Source: an uncultured delta proteobacterium (GTDB taxonomy: Bacteria > Myxococcota > Myxococcia > Myxococcales > Myxococcaceae). Taken from it: a stretch of DNA of 64,000 nt. Where the stretch lies: contig CAVQKE010000003.1 in assembly GCA_963713045.1 (NCBI GenBank), positions 1,312,001-1,376,000 on the forward strand. Reading direction: 5' to 3'. The notes under the pieces are model-generated. The model was not told where the DNA came from and ran no database searches. It worked only from the letters and a program-made list of their open reading frames with translations. The translations under genes and the position numbers were made by a program. This document shows, piece after piece, positions 40,144 to 49,010 of this stretch (positions are counted from its first letter, which is position 1; each line of letters opens with the position of its first letter).

Positions 40144-41025
40144 CTAAGGCAAAGCGATGCGGCCGGGAGCGCCGTCGGCCCCGGTTTCGGTGTGACAGCT
40201 GTTGCAGTCGCCGGAGGGGACGGCAGTTGTCATGGCCCGCGTCCCGCCGTCGAAGCGGACGGTTGCGGTGATGGGGAAGGTGAGGCTCGCATCGCCGTAG
40301 AAGTTGCCGTTGGCGTTGGCTGTGAAGGACGCCGTGGTGCCGGCGCTGTCCATCACGGTGACCACCGCGCCGGCCGACGTCGAGGCCACGCAGTCATTGG
40401 GCTCGTGCCCGGTCGGGTAGACGGTGCCCCCGACGTTAAATCCCGGCCCCCCTTGGGCTTGGTGACAGGCGATGCAGGCCTCGCCGGGCCGCATGTTTCC
40501 ACCCTCGGAGCCGGTGTACGTCACTCCGCTGGTGCAGACGGGAGGCCCGCTGAAGGCCGGGTCCACCGCCACCGCGCCGGCATCCGGCACACTGGCGCAA
40601 CTGCCGGCTGGCATGCCCGCGTCTACCCAGCCTGCAAACGCGGCTTGCTGGGCCGCTGGCACCCCGGGGTTGGGGCTGGGCGGCATGGGAGCTGTCGTGC
40701 TGGCCATGCGCACCAATGCCCGCTGGCCGTTGGTTTGGCTGGGGTAGCCAGGCGACGGCGCTTGCAGCGCAGCCAGCGTGTTAAGCGGCTGCGGAGCCCC
40801 ATTGGCCGTCGGCGAGCCGTGGCACCCGAGGCAGCTGGCCGCCAGCACGTCCGCCGCGGCGCACGGTAGGTCCAACGAAGCGGCCGACGCGATGCCCCCG
40901 TCTCCGCCGGTCGCGGCGGCCGGCACCGTGTCTCCTGGCAGGGAGGTGGATTGCCCAATGCAACCCGAGCCCAGCGCGCACAGCGCTGCGGTGAGAAGGA
41001 CGAGGGCCAGCCAGGGCGAGCGCAT
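40144..41025 (-). CDS. Triheme c-type cytochrome lipoprotein
   Basis: Lipobox GSGC; CLGCH, CIACH and CNSCH. Confidence 0.8.
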   Translation of the reverse strand: MRSPWLALVLLTAALCALGSGCIGQSTSLPGDTVPAAATGGDGGIASAASLDLPCAAADVLAASCLGCHGSPTANGAPQPLNTLAALQAPSPGYPSQTNGQRALVRMASTTAPMPPSPNPGVPAAQQAAFAGWVDAGMPAGSCASVPDAGAVAVDPAFSGPPVCTSGVTYTGSEGGNMRPGEACIACHQAQGGPGFNVGGTVYPTGHEPNDCVASTSAGAVVTVMDSAGTTASFTANANGNFYGDASLTFPITATVRFDGGTRAMTTAVPSGDCNSCHTETGADGAPGRIALP

Positions 41026-41211
41026 CCGGGTGGCCTCAGTGTTGAAGGTGGGGCGCCCGTTGCGGTGGAAGGTGCCCCTGAGGACGCCGACGGATGCGCC
41101 CCCTCTCGAAGCAGACAGTTCTGGGCTGTTTCATGCGAGGGATTGTCGCCATGGCTACCGCTCCGTCACGGGCGGTGGTTGAGGGCACGTGGGACTTCAA
41201 CCCACCCCCCT

Positions 41212-42531
41212 TCAGTAGGGGGCAGGCAACGTCACCCGTCCGGGTGCGCCGTTGGCGCCAGTCTGGGTATGACAGCTGTTGCAGTCGCCCGAGGCCACCG
41301 GCGTCGTCATCGCCCGCGTTTTGCCGCTGAAGCTGACAACGGCGGTAATCGGAAACGTCAGCGACGCATTCCCTGAGAAGTTGCCATTGCCGTTGCAGGT
41401 GAAGGAGGCGGTCGCACCAGTGCTGTCCGTCACCGTCACCACCGCACCGGCGGAGGCGGAGGCCACACAGTCATCCGGCTCATGGCCGGTCGGGTACACG
41501 GTGCCGCCGATGTTGAAGCCAGGGCCTCCTTCGCGCTGGTGGCAGGCGATGCAAGCCTCACCGGGGCGCATATTGGAGCCCTCACTACCGGTGTACGTCA
41601 CGCCGCTGGTGCATTGCGCCGGCTCATTCAGCGGGTCCGGTGGCCCGGCGTCTGGGATTCCGCCGTCCGTGGTGCAACTGCCGGCAGGCATGCCGGCGTC
41701 CACCCAGGCGGCGAAATTGCCTTGGTCGGTGGCGCTGGGGGCAGCATTCCCAGAAGGAGGCATGGGCGCCGCACTGTCGGCCATGCGCACCACCGCGCGC
41801 TGGCCGTTGCTTTGCGTCGGGTAGCCGGGCGACAAGGCTTGAAGCTCGGCCAGCGTCACCAGCGGTTGCGGCGCCCCGTTGGTGGGTGTCGGCCCGTGAC
41901 ACGCCCAGCAATAGGTGGACAGTAGGGCGTAGATGTCGCAGGGCACGTCGACGACGATGCCGCCATCCCCGCCGCCGCCACCGCTGCCGGCGTCGGTTCC
42001 AGCGTCGCGACCCCCATCGGACGTCCCGCCATCATCTCCGGGCGGCGTCCCCCCGTCCGAGATGCACTGCTGCGTGGGAAGTCCAGCGTCCGTGTAGCTG
42101 GCGAAGGCGGCTTGCTGCGCCGCCGTCGGTGCAGGGTAGCCCGAGCCCGAAGGAGGCATTGGCGCAGTCGTGCTTGCCATCCGCACCAGCGCACGTTGCG
42201 CGTTGCTTTGGGTGGGGTAACCGGGCGAGGCGGCGGCCAGCTCGGCCGGCGTCACCAGCGACTGCGGGGCCCCATTGGCCGGTGTCGCCCCGTGGCAAGC
42301 CCAGCACGAGGTGGACAACAGCGCATAGACATCACAGGGAAGGTCCGTCGAAAGGACGACGCCGCCACCGCCGCCGCCACCGCCGCCGACAACGACAGGG
42401 GTGCCTCCGTCTGTGCCGAGGAGGCCATCGAGACCCAACTGGCCGAGACAAGCCGAGGCCGTGGCCACCGCACCAAGAAGTACAAGGAGGCCGATTGGTT
42501 GGGCAGCGCCCGGACGTCGCTTTGTGGCCAT
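41212..42531 (-). CDS. Tetraheme c-type cytochrome lipoprotein, paralog of 40144-41025
   Basis: Lipobox ASAC; CWACH twice, CIACH and CNSCH. Confidence 0.8.
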   Translation of the reverse strand: MATKRRPGAAQPIGLLVLLGAVATASACLGQLGLDGLLGTDGGTPVVVGGGGGGGGGVVLSTDLPCDVYALLSTSCWACHGATPANGAPQSLVTPAELAAASPGYPTQSNAQRALVRMASTTAPMPPSGSGYPAPTAAQQAAFASYTDAGLPTQQCISDGGTPPGDDGGTSDGGRDAGTDAGSGGGGGDGGIVVDVPCDIYALLSTYCWACHGPTPTNGAPQPLVTLAELQALSPGYPTQSNGQRAVVRMADSAAPMPPSGNAAPSATDQGNFAAWVDAGMPAGSCTTDGGIPDAGPPDPLNEPAQCTSGVTYTGSEGSNMRPGEACIACHQREGGPGFNIGGTVYPTGHEPDDCVASASAGAVVTVTDSTGATASFTCNGNGNFSGNASLTFPITAVVSFSGKTRAMTTPVASGDCNSCHTQTGANGAPGRVTLPAPY

Positions 42532-42708
42532 GGGTCCCTCCACGGACAACAGGAGACAACGGGCGGATTCACCACCTGCCGGCATTGCGCCGGCCTCCAG
42601 AAACCCGTCACCGCAGCCGCAAAAAAGGCACTTCAGCCGCGGCGGCGAAGTGCAACGTCCGTTGAAAAAAAGTGTGGAGGGTCCCCACCCGCCGACGGGA
42701 AGTGTCCG

Positions 42709-44247
42709 TTAGTAGCTGTAGCGAAAGCCAAGGGTGAAGCCGACGAGTTGGTCGGTGACGCCGGTGACGTTGGCCGAGCCGCCGCTGAAGGTGACTGCAT
42801 AGCGGGTAAACGCCACGCCCAAGCGGACTTCGAGAGGCGGCGCCAACCGGAAGGAAAGGCCGAGTGCCGTGTCAAAGCTGAGCCCAGCCGAGGATGAGGT
42901 GGCATAGGGCGCACGGGTGAGCGGCCCGGCCGAATATGGGTAGAGGTAGCTGACTTCAAAGAAGACGGCGCACCATTGGACCAAGCCCACGTCCAGCTTG
43001 AGTCCAGCCCGCAACGCCCGCCAATGCGCCCCCGGCTGCCCAGTCAGCACCGTCCCGTCCGAGGCCTTTTGGACGTCGAAGTTCATCATCTGCCAGCCCA
43101 CCACCGGCGACAGCCGCACCCTGCTGCCGAGCCGCAAGCGCGCCAGCAGCGAGGCGTCGGCCACCAGCGCGACCGCCGGAAACGTCGCTCCCGAGGTGTC
43201 ATTCTCCCGCTGCAGCTCCATGCCCACGCTGATGCCGACGCCAGCCTCAACGCCGAGCGATTCGAAGACGCCACTGGAGGAGCGCAGCGGAAACAGTCCC
43301 AACAACAGCGTCGGCTCGGCAGCCAGCGGCACAAATGTGTTGCGCACCGCCGGCGTTCTGCCGGGAATGGCGGAGGAAGTGAATTCGCGGTTGAGGAAGG
43401 CAAGCGTCACCTGCACCTCCAGCAAGGACGGCTCGTGCTTCTCCCCTGCGGGAGGAGGCTCTGGCTCCGTCGCCACGTCCTCCGCCACACCCGCCGCTGG
43501 CGCCGCGGCCGATGGCGGAGCCGCTGGCGGCGGAACGGCGGCACCCGCGGCGGATGGCGCAGCCTTCGCAGGGCCGCTGGCTTGCTCCACCGCGGGCAGA
43601 GTGGTCTCTGCTGGCGGCGCGGGCTTCGGCGCCGCCGCCGGGGGGACAGCCGGTGCCTCGCGCTCCGGCCCATGCGCCCGGGTGAGGACCCCCACCAAGT
43701 CCGTCGTCAGCCGGTGCAGCGTGGAGGCGGAGAGGGCCAAGTTGGAAAGCTGCGCCTTCTTCCGCACGAGAATGATGTGGCCTGGGGCGAACACCTGGAG
43801 GTCCACGAAGCGCTTCTTGCCATTCGCGTCTTTCCCAATTTTTCCCGTGACGATGCCGGTGAGTTGCGCCGCCGCCACTCGGTCCCAGTCGACGTGGCCC
43901 TGGCGAAGGACTTGGCTGGAGGGGATGCAGGTCACCTCGGCGCAGAGCGACTGGGTGAGTTGTCGCTCCACCGGGTAACGGCCGAACGGGATGATGGCGA
44001 TGCGGGGCTTCGCCTCGGCAGACGCGCTGGACACCACGACGCAGAGAAGCGCAATCCCGAAGAGGGACAGGACGCACTGGCCGCAGGCCGAGGCGCGTCC
44101 GCGCCCTCTTCCGAAAGGCGAAGCGACGTGTCGCTTGCCCTTCCTCTGAAGCCACGTCGCTGTAGGCACAAGTGTGTGTGGCGTCGGCCCAGTGCTGAGG
44201 CCCCTTGCCGGCCCTGGTTGTTGTCCGGCCGGGCCGCCGTCCGTCAC
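42709..44247 (-). CDS. Outer-membrane beta-barrel protein with N-terminal periplasmic domain
   Basis: Hydrophobic signal-like segment, Pro/Ala linker, beta strands ending GFTLGFRYSY; start uncertain. Confidence 0.6.
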   Translation of the reverse strand: MTDGGPAGQQPGPARGLSTGPTPHTLVPTATWLQRKGKRHVASPFGRGRGRASACGQCVLSLFGIALLCVVVSSASAEAKPRIAIIPFGRYPVERQLTQSLCAEVTCIPSSQVLRQGHVDWDRVAAAQLTGIVTGKIGKDANGKKRFVDLQVFAPGHIILVRKKAQLSNLALSASTLHRLTTDLVGVLTRAHGPEREAPAVPPAAAPKPAPPAETTLPAVEQASGPAKAAPSAAGAAVPPPAAPPSAAAPAAGVAEDVATEPEPPPAGEKHEPSLLEVQVTLAFLNREFTSSAIPGRTPAVRNTFVPLAAEPTLLLGLFPLRSSSGVFESLGVEAGVGISVGMELQRENDTSGATFPAVALVADASLLARLRLGSRVRLSPVVGWQMMNFDVQKASDGTVLTGQPGAHWRALRAGLKLDVGLVQWCAVFFEVSYLYPYSAGPLTRAPYATSSSAGLSFDTALGLSFRLAPPLEVRLGVAFTRYAVTFSGGSANVTGVTDQLVGFTLGFRYSY

Positions 44248-44278
44248 GCGGACTTTCCGCTACCGCGGGTGGCCGCCC

Positions 44279-45019
44279 TCAGGCCACCGCTGCCACAGCG
44301 GCGCACGTCTCGGCGTCGTCGTGCAGGACAAGCTGCACCGGCGCCGGCGTCCTGACCGCCACCGCAACCAGGTGATGACTGTCCGGGGAGCGCAACTGAA
44401 AGCACCAGCCGTCGGCGGATTCCTGTAGGCCGCCTCCAAAGACGACGCGAGGAGGGGAAGGCTCCAACTGAAAGGCGCACGCCCCCAGGGACAACGTGAG
44501 GCCGGTGCCAAGCGCCTTCAGCGTCGCCTCTTTCAGCGTCCACAGCTGAAAGAAGCGACGTTGGCGCTCCTCGCCTTGGGAGGCCTCCAGCAGAATTCGT
44601 TCGGCAGGGGCGAAGGCGCGGGCAATGCCGAGGACGTCCACCGTGCGGGACGTGTCCTCCACGTCCACCCCGCAGGCTGGCCCCGACGTCACCACCAGTG
44701 CCACCCAAGCCCGAGAGCGCGAGGTGTTGAAGTCCAGCGTTCCCGTGCCAGGACGCAGCACCGGACGGCCATGGGCCTGGACGTCGAAGTCCAGCGCTTC
44801 AGGAGGGAGTCCAAGAAGCCCTCCGAGGACGCCGCGAACCAGCGTCCGGGTGGCGCGGTACTGAAGGCCATGACCCGGCTGCCGGAAGCGCTCTGCCCGC
44901 TCGCGCTCCTCCTGAGACAACCAGCGGCCATGTTGAGGGGCCGAGGCCAAAAGTCGTTCTGGCTGTGCAAAAAAAAGGTGGACCACGCCGGGCCGCACCA
45001 GCGACGACAGCAGGCTCAC
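44279..45019 (-). CDS. Sfp-type 4'-phosphopantetheinyl transferase
   Basis: HGRP, FNTSRS, CGVDVE, WTLKEATLKALGTGL. Confidence 0.92.
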   Translation of the reverse strand: MSLLSSLVRPGVVHLFFAQPERLLASAPQHGRWLSQEERERAERFRQPGHGLQYRATRTLVRGVLGGLLGLPPEALDFDVQAHGRPVLRPGTGTLDFNTSRSRAWVALVVTSGPACGVDVEDTSRTVDVLGIARAFAPAERILLEASQGEERQRRFFQLWTLKEATLKALGTGLTLSLGACAFQLEPSPPRVVFGGGLQESADGWCFQLRSPDSHHLVAVAVRTPAPVQLVLHDDAETCAAVAAVA

Positions 45020-45029
45020 CGCATGGCCT

Positions 45030-45536
45030 TTAAGGCGCCACCAGGATGGTGCCCAGCACGCGGTCGGCGCCCACCAACTCGAGGGTACGCCGCGCGGAGT
45101 CCAGCGTCGTCTTGCCCAGCGTCAGCGTCAGCACTGCGGCGTCCGCCGCAAGGACAATGGGGACTCCCGCCAGCTGGTCGATGACGCTCGCCAAAAGCAC
45201 AATGGCCCGCTGCGTCCCCCCTGTCCGCCGTTCTCCCGGCGCCGAAACCAGAGAACTCATGTTGACGATGAGAGAGGCACTGGAGGCCAGGGTGACGGCA
45301 CGCGCGTCCAACAGGCGGATGGGGCCGCCGGAAACCAGGGCACCGACGTCGTAGAGGGCATTGGCGACACCCAGTGCGGACTCGCCCGGACCGGCCGGAA
45401 GGACGGCCAGCGACAACCACGGCCGCGTCTGCACGGCAAACCACAGGGCGTTGGCCGCCGGGCCGGCTGCGGCCTGGGGGAGAACGGCCAGCGGCTGCGT
45501 ATCCTCCGCGGAGAGTGTGGACGGCGCACTGCCCAT
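45030..45536 (-). CDS. Degenerate BY-kinase-like (pseudokinase) protein of polysaccharide export
   Basis: C-terminal ADAAVLTLTLGKT...LGTIL resembles CpsD/Wzc kinase domains but no Walker A is visible; EPS locus context. Confidence 0.55.
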   Translation of the reverse strand: MGSAPSTLSAEDTQPLAVLPQAAAGPAANALWFAVQTRPWLSLAVLPAGPGESALGVANALYDVGALVSGGPIRLLDARAVTLASSASLIVNMSSLVSAPGERRTGGTQRAIVLLASVIDQLAGVPIVLAADAAVLTLTLGKTTLDSARRTLELVGADRVLGTILVAP

Positions 45537-45684
45537 AGGTTCTTTCAGTCTACCCGCGCTCGGCGGGGCACTGTCTTCTGCCTAAAAAAGGACATAGAGG
45601 GCCGTTTCGAGCAATTCAAGCCGTGGGGTCAGTCCGACTGGGGGGCCCCCGCTGGCAACCCCAAAATGGGACGCGGGCCAGCCT

Positions 45685-46923
45685 CTAGGGGCCGGTGCTT
45701 TCCACGGCCGGGGGATGCGCACCGGGTGCGTCGGCCACCCTGCGGCCGCTGGCAAACCTCTCCTTCAGCGCGAGGAAACGCTTTTCGTACAGCTGGTAGC
45801 TCGCGTAAGCCACCAGGAGGGACAGGCCCATGCCTACCGTGGCCTGCACGGCGACTGCGGCCGCGTGCGAGCCGCCAAGCCACGCGGCCAGTGGGAATTC
45901 CGTCTGCCGCGTCGTGAAGTAATACGAGAAGAAGTGGTGGTAGACGTACAGCCCGTAGCTGTAGGTGCCGAGAAAAACCATCACGCCGCTGGTGAAAAAT
46001 CGCGCCACCCAGGCGCGCGGCGGGGCGGTCAGCGCCCAAACCAAAAGGCAGGCCAACAGCACCACCAGCAGCGAGGCCCGCACTTCCTGAAGCGGGGCGG
46101 TAAAGCTGCCGACGGTGCGACTCCAGGCGAGCCGAAGCAGAAACAGTACCGCCGCAGCCATTGCCACCCACGGCACCGCACGGACGGCGGCCTGGACGCC
46201 CCCGGGACGCCGCATCAGCACAGCGAGGAAACTTCCCAGCGCCAGACCGTCCAGTCGGAATGGCGTTAGCACGTAGAGGGCGTGCTGAGGGACGCCCAAG
46301 GCCGCGCACACGACACGGGCGAGGAGCGCCCCTGAAGCCACCAACAGACTGGTCAGAAGAAGCAGCCGCGGTCGCCCGGCCAGTGCCCAAACGACGAATG
46401 GCCACACCAAATAAAAGTGTTCCTCGACGGCCAACGACCAGAAGTGGTCAATGTAGGGCAGCGCCCAGTCTCCGCGAAGGCCAGAGTAGACATTCACGGC
46501 GTAAAGCCACGCCCAGCCCTGGTGCTCCCGCAGCGAGTCGAGCGTCGCGCCGCGAAGCGGCGGAAGCAGCGGCAGCACGAAGAGGAGGACGGCCAGGACG
46601 CCGTAGTAGAGGGGGAAAATCCGCAGCACGCGCCGTACATAAAAATTTCGGAAATAGTCGGGCTTGGCGCGCGCCTCGACGAGGATGCCGGTGATGAGGA
46701 AGCCGGACAGCACGAAGAAGAGGTCGACGCCGTACTGGCCCCAGCCAGCGACCGCGAAAACTGCCTTCTCCCAACGGTTGGTGGGGACGCAGTTGCCGAT
46801 GAAGTGCAGCACCAGCACCATCAGGATGGCCAGGCCGCGCACACCGTCCAAGACCGGAATGTGGCCGCGGAGTTTCGGCATCTCGCGCGCGCTCCGCTGC
46901 TGGTGGCTCGGCTCCTCGGGCAT
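45685..46923 (-). CDS. Acyltransferase-3 (OafA-like) membrane O-acyltransferase
   Basis: LDGVRGLAIL, GVDLFFVLSGFLIT, RRVLRIFPLYY, HFWSLAVEEHFY, SYGLYVYH. Confidence 0.92.
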   Translation of the reverse strand: MPEEPSHQQRSAREMPKLRGHIPVLDGVRGLAILMVLVLHFIGNCVPTNRWEKAVFAVAGWGQYGVDLFFVLSGFLITGILVEARAKPDYFRNFYVRRVLRIFPLYYGVLAVLLFVLPLLPPLRGATLDSLREHQGWAWLYAVNVYSGLRGDWALPYIDHFWSLAVEEHFYLVWPFVVWALAGRPRLLLLTSLLVASGALLARVVCAALGVPQHALYVLTPFRLDGLALGSFLAVLMRRPGGVQAAVRAVPWVAMAAAVLFLLRLAWSRTVGSFTAPLQEVRASLLVVLLACLLVWALTAPPRAWVARFFTSGVMVFLGTYSYGLYVYHHFFSYYFTTRQTEFPLAAWLGGSHAAAVAVQATVGMGLSLLVAYASYQLYEKRFLALKERFASGRRVADAPGAHPPAVESTGP

Positions 46924-47054
46924 GGATGTGCACCGTACTATTGCCAAACCTCCCAGGCCGAATGGGTCGGGCAACACCTGCTGGCTTCGCGCCAGCGGTA
47001 TGTGGCGTCGAGACAGCCGAGGGCGTCCTGGAGGCCTGGTGCCTGCGCGGCGCT

Positions 47055-48327
47055 TCAGCCCCGTTGAGTGGAGGGCGTGGCCGCCGAGGCCGCCTGCCGC
47101 CGCTCGAGCAACGCGTGGAAGAAATGCTCGAGGCGACTGCCAGAGGCCTCCCAGGAGTATTGCCTCTCCACCAGCGCGCGGCCCCCAGCGCCGAGTTGTA
47201 GCGCCAAGGCGGGCTGGTCGAGGACGCGTCCCACGGCGGCGGCAAACTCCCCTGGGGTGTCGGCCAGCAGAATGTCCTTCTCGGGCCTGGCGGAAATGCC
47301 TTCGGCACCGAGCGAGGTGGAAACGACGGGCCGGCCCATGGCCATCGCCTCCAGAATTTTGAAGCGTGTTCCGCCGCCCATCCGGAGCGGAACAACCGTG
47401 ACGGCCGCCTTCGCCAAGTGCGGGCGCAGGTCTTCCACTTTGCCCGTCACCTCCACCCGGGGCCCCTGGAAGGCGAGAATTTGGGGAAGTCGGTGCTTGG
47501 CCCACAATTTTCAAGCGGGCCTCGGGGTGGCTCCGCGCCAAAAGCGGCCAAACCTCGCGCAACAGGTAGAGCAGCCCGTCGACGTTGGGGAAGTAGTTGA
47601 TGGCACCGAAAAACAGCACCGTCTTTCCGTCCGGGGAAGGCCCATCCGCGGACGGATGGAAATACCCAACGTCCACCGCGTTCGGCACCACGGCGGAGGT
47701 CAGCGAGGGGACGAGTTGGCGTGCGCGCTCCTGGTCTGCCTCTGAACAGAAGGTGACGCCGTCGAAGCTGCGGAAAGCAGCCACTTCCTCCGCCCGGATT
47801 TTCGGCCAATTGGCAGCGTTGTGAATGCGCCGGGCGAGTCCATGCTCATTGCCGGCCTGCTGTCGCGCCAGGTCAAATTCAATGTTGTGCTCATCCAGGA
47901 CGCGCACCGGAAGCGGCGCTCCCGCCGGCGCCTGCGCCAGGGGCAAATGGGCAAGAAAGGGATGCTCAACGTTGACGACGTCAAAGGCCCGCGAGGTGAG
48001 CAGCCGGTGGAGCGTCGGACCGAGCGCCGGAACGTTGAAGAAGGCGTGTTCAAAGCTCCACCCGGAGAGGAGTTGGCGCAGCTGGAAAAGCCGCTTGCCC
48101 ATATTCCACGAGCGGGATGGAACCAACACCACCTCTGCGCAATAGGCCCGCATGGCACGTTCGGTCTCCCCGGCGTCAAGGTCCGGGGAGATGAGCGTCA
48201 CGGCCGTTACCAGATGCCGGCGGGCCAGCTGCATGAGCAGGCCTTGCATGCGCCGCTGCGCACCATAGGAGGCGGGGCTGGGCGGGAACTGGGAAAGGTA
48301 GAGGAGTTGAAGCCGCTCGCCTGCCAT
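47055..48327 (-). pseudogene. GT4 glycosyltransferase split by a frameshift near 47490 (possibly sequencing error)
   Basis: N-terminal half (DEHNIE, VVPNAVD, YFPNVDG, KIVGQAP) lies in the 880-aa ORF; C-terminal half (VVPLRMGGGTRFKILEAMAMGRPVVST, YSWE) lies in ORF 47055-47507. Confidence 0.85.
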
Positions 48328-48547
48328 GGTTCGCCCGCGGGTGAGCGCTTATGGCACGCTTTGGTGGGCCTCCGGCGCATTCTTCGCCTGGCAAACGCGG
48401 CCGCCCGCGGCATTCTCGCCTTGTCCCCCGCCCCCTACCCAAGGCACGGCAATTGTTCACTCTTTGCCACTCGCGTGGGTCAAGGCCGCCCCCTTTTCGG
48501 GCCTTTAGCTGCGTGCTACAGGGTGCGGCGTGCTTCAGGGGGAGACG

Positions 48548-48799
48548 ATGGAAGCGTGCGTCGAGCGCCTGGTTCTTGAGTACGCCCAGAGCGTTCCGCC
48601 GAGTCGTCCGCTCGCCTCCCAGCTGTCGCTTCGGGATGACTTGGCCATCGAGTCGCTGTCCCTGGTCTCGCTCGCATTGCGGCTGGGAGGCGAATTCGAC
48701 GTCGACATCGTCGAGTTGGGTCTTGAGCTGAGAGATTTGAAAACCTTCGGGGACCTCGTCGACGTGGCGCGGACCTTGAAAGAACAAACGGCAGGGTAA
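48548..48799 (+). CDS. Acyl carrier protein (ESL variant)
   Basis: 83 aa, acidic, DDLAIESLSLV Ser motif, LKTFGDL; GGAG RBS. Confidence 0.75.
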   Translation: MEACVERLVLEYAQSVPPSRPLASQLSLRDDLAIESLSLVSLALRLGGEFDVDIVELGLELRDLKTFGDLVDVARTLKEQTAG

Positions 48800-48835
48800 T
48801 TCGAAGGCTGCGATTGACTAGGGGAGTAACTGCAA

Positions 48836-48991
48836 ATGAATGCCAATGAAGACACGCTGAAGGACGTCGAGGAATCCAGCAAGCCGCCAGCGGAGCAGCC
48901 CACCGAGGCATCCACCGACGAGGCAGAGTTTAAGGTGACGGTGCGCAAGCTGGAGGTGCCAGTTCGCCCGAGAGGCGTCCTCGCCGAGTGA
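48836..48991 (+). CDS. Putative RiPP precursor peptide A1 (51 aa): MNANEDTLKDVEESSKPPAEQPTEASTDEAEFKVTVRKLEVPVRPRGVLAE
   Basis: Translated by hand (below the ORF-track cutoff); GGGGAG RBS at 48821-48826; last 24 aa identical to the peptide at 56392-56544. Confidence 0.85.
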   Translation: MNANEDTLKDVEESSKPPAEQPTEASTDEAEFKVTVRKLEVPVRPRGVLAE

Positions 48992-49010
48992 GTCGGCGGC
49001 GACCCTTGAG

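Noticed and set aside
45685..48327. 880-aa glycosyltransferase-acyltransferase fusion in the ORF track
   Set aside because: The middle ~190 aa is off-frame sequence; the true GT4 C-terminus lies in another frame (47055-47507). A frameshift creates the apparent fusion.
48442..48457. Sigma54-like AGGCAC-N5-TTGTT upstream of ACP1
   Set aside because: Mismatches at both conserved elements and no enhancer-binding protein nearby.
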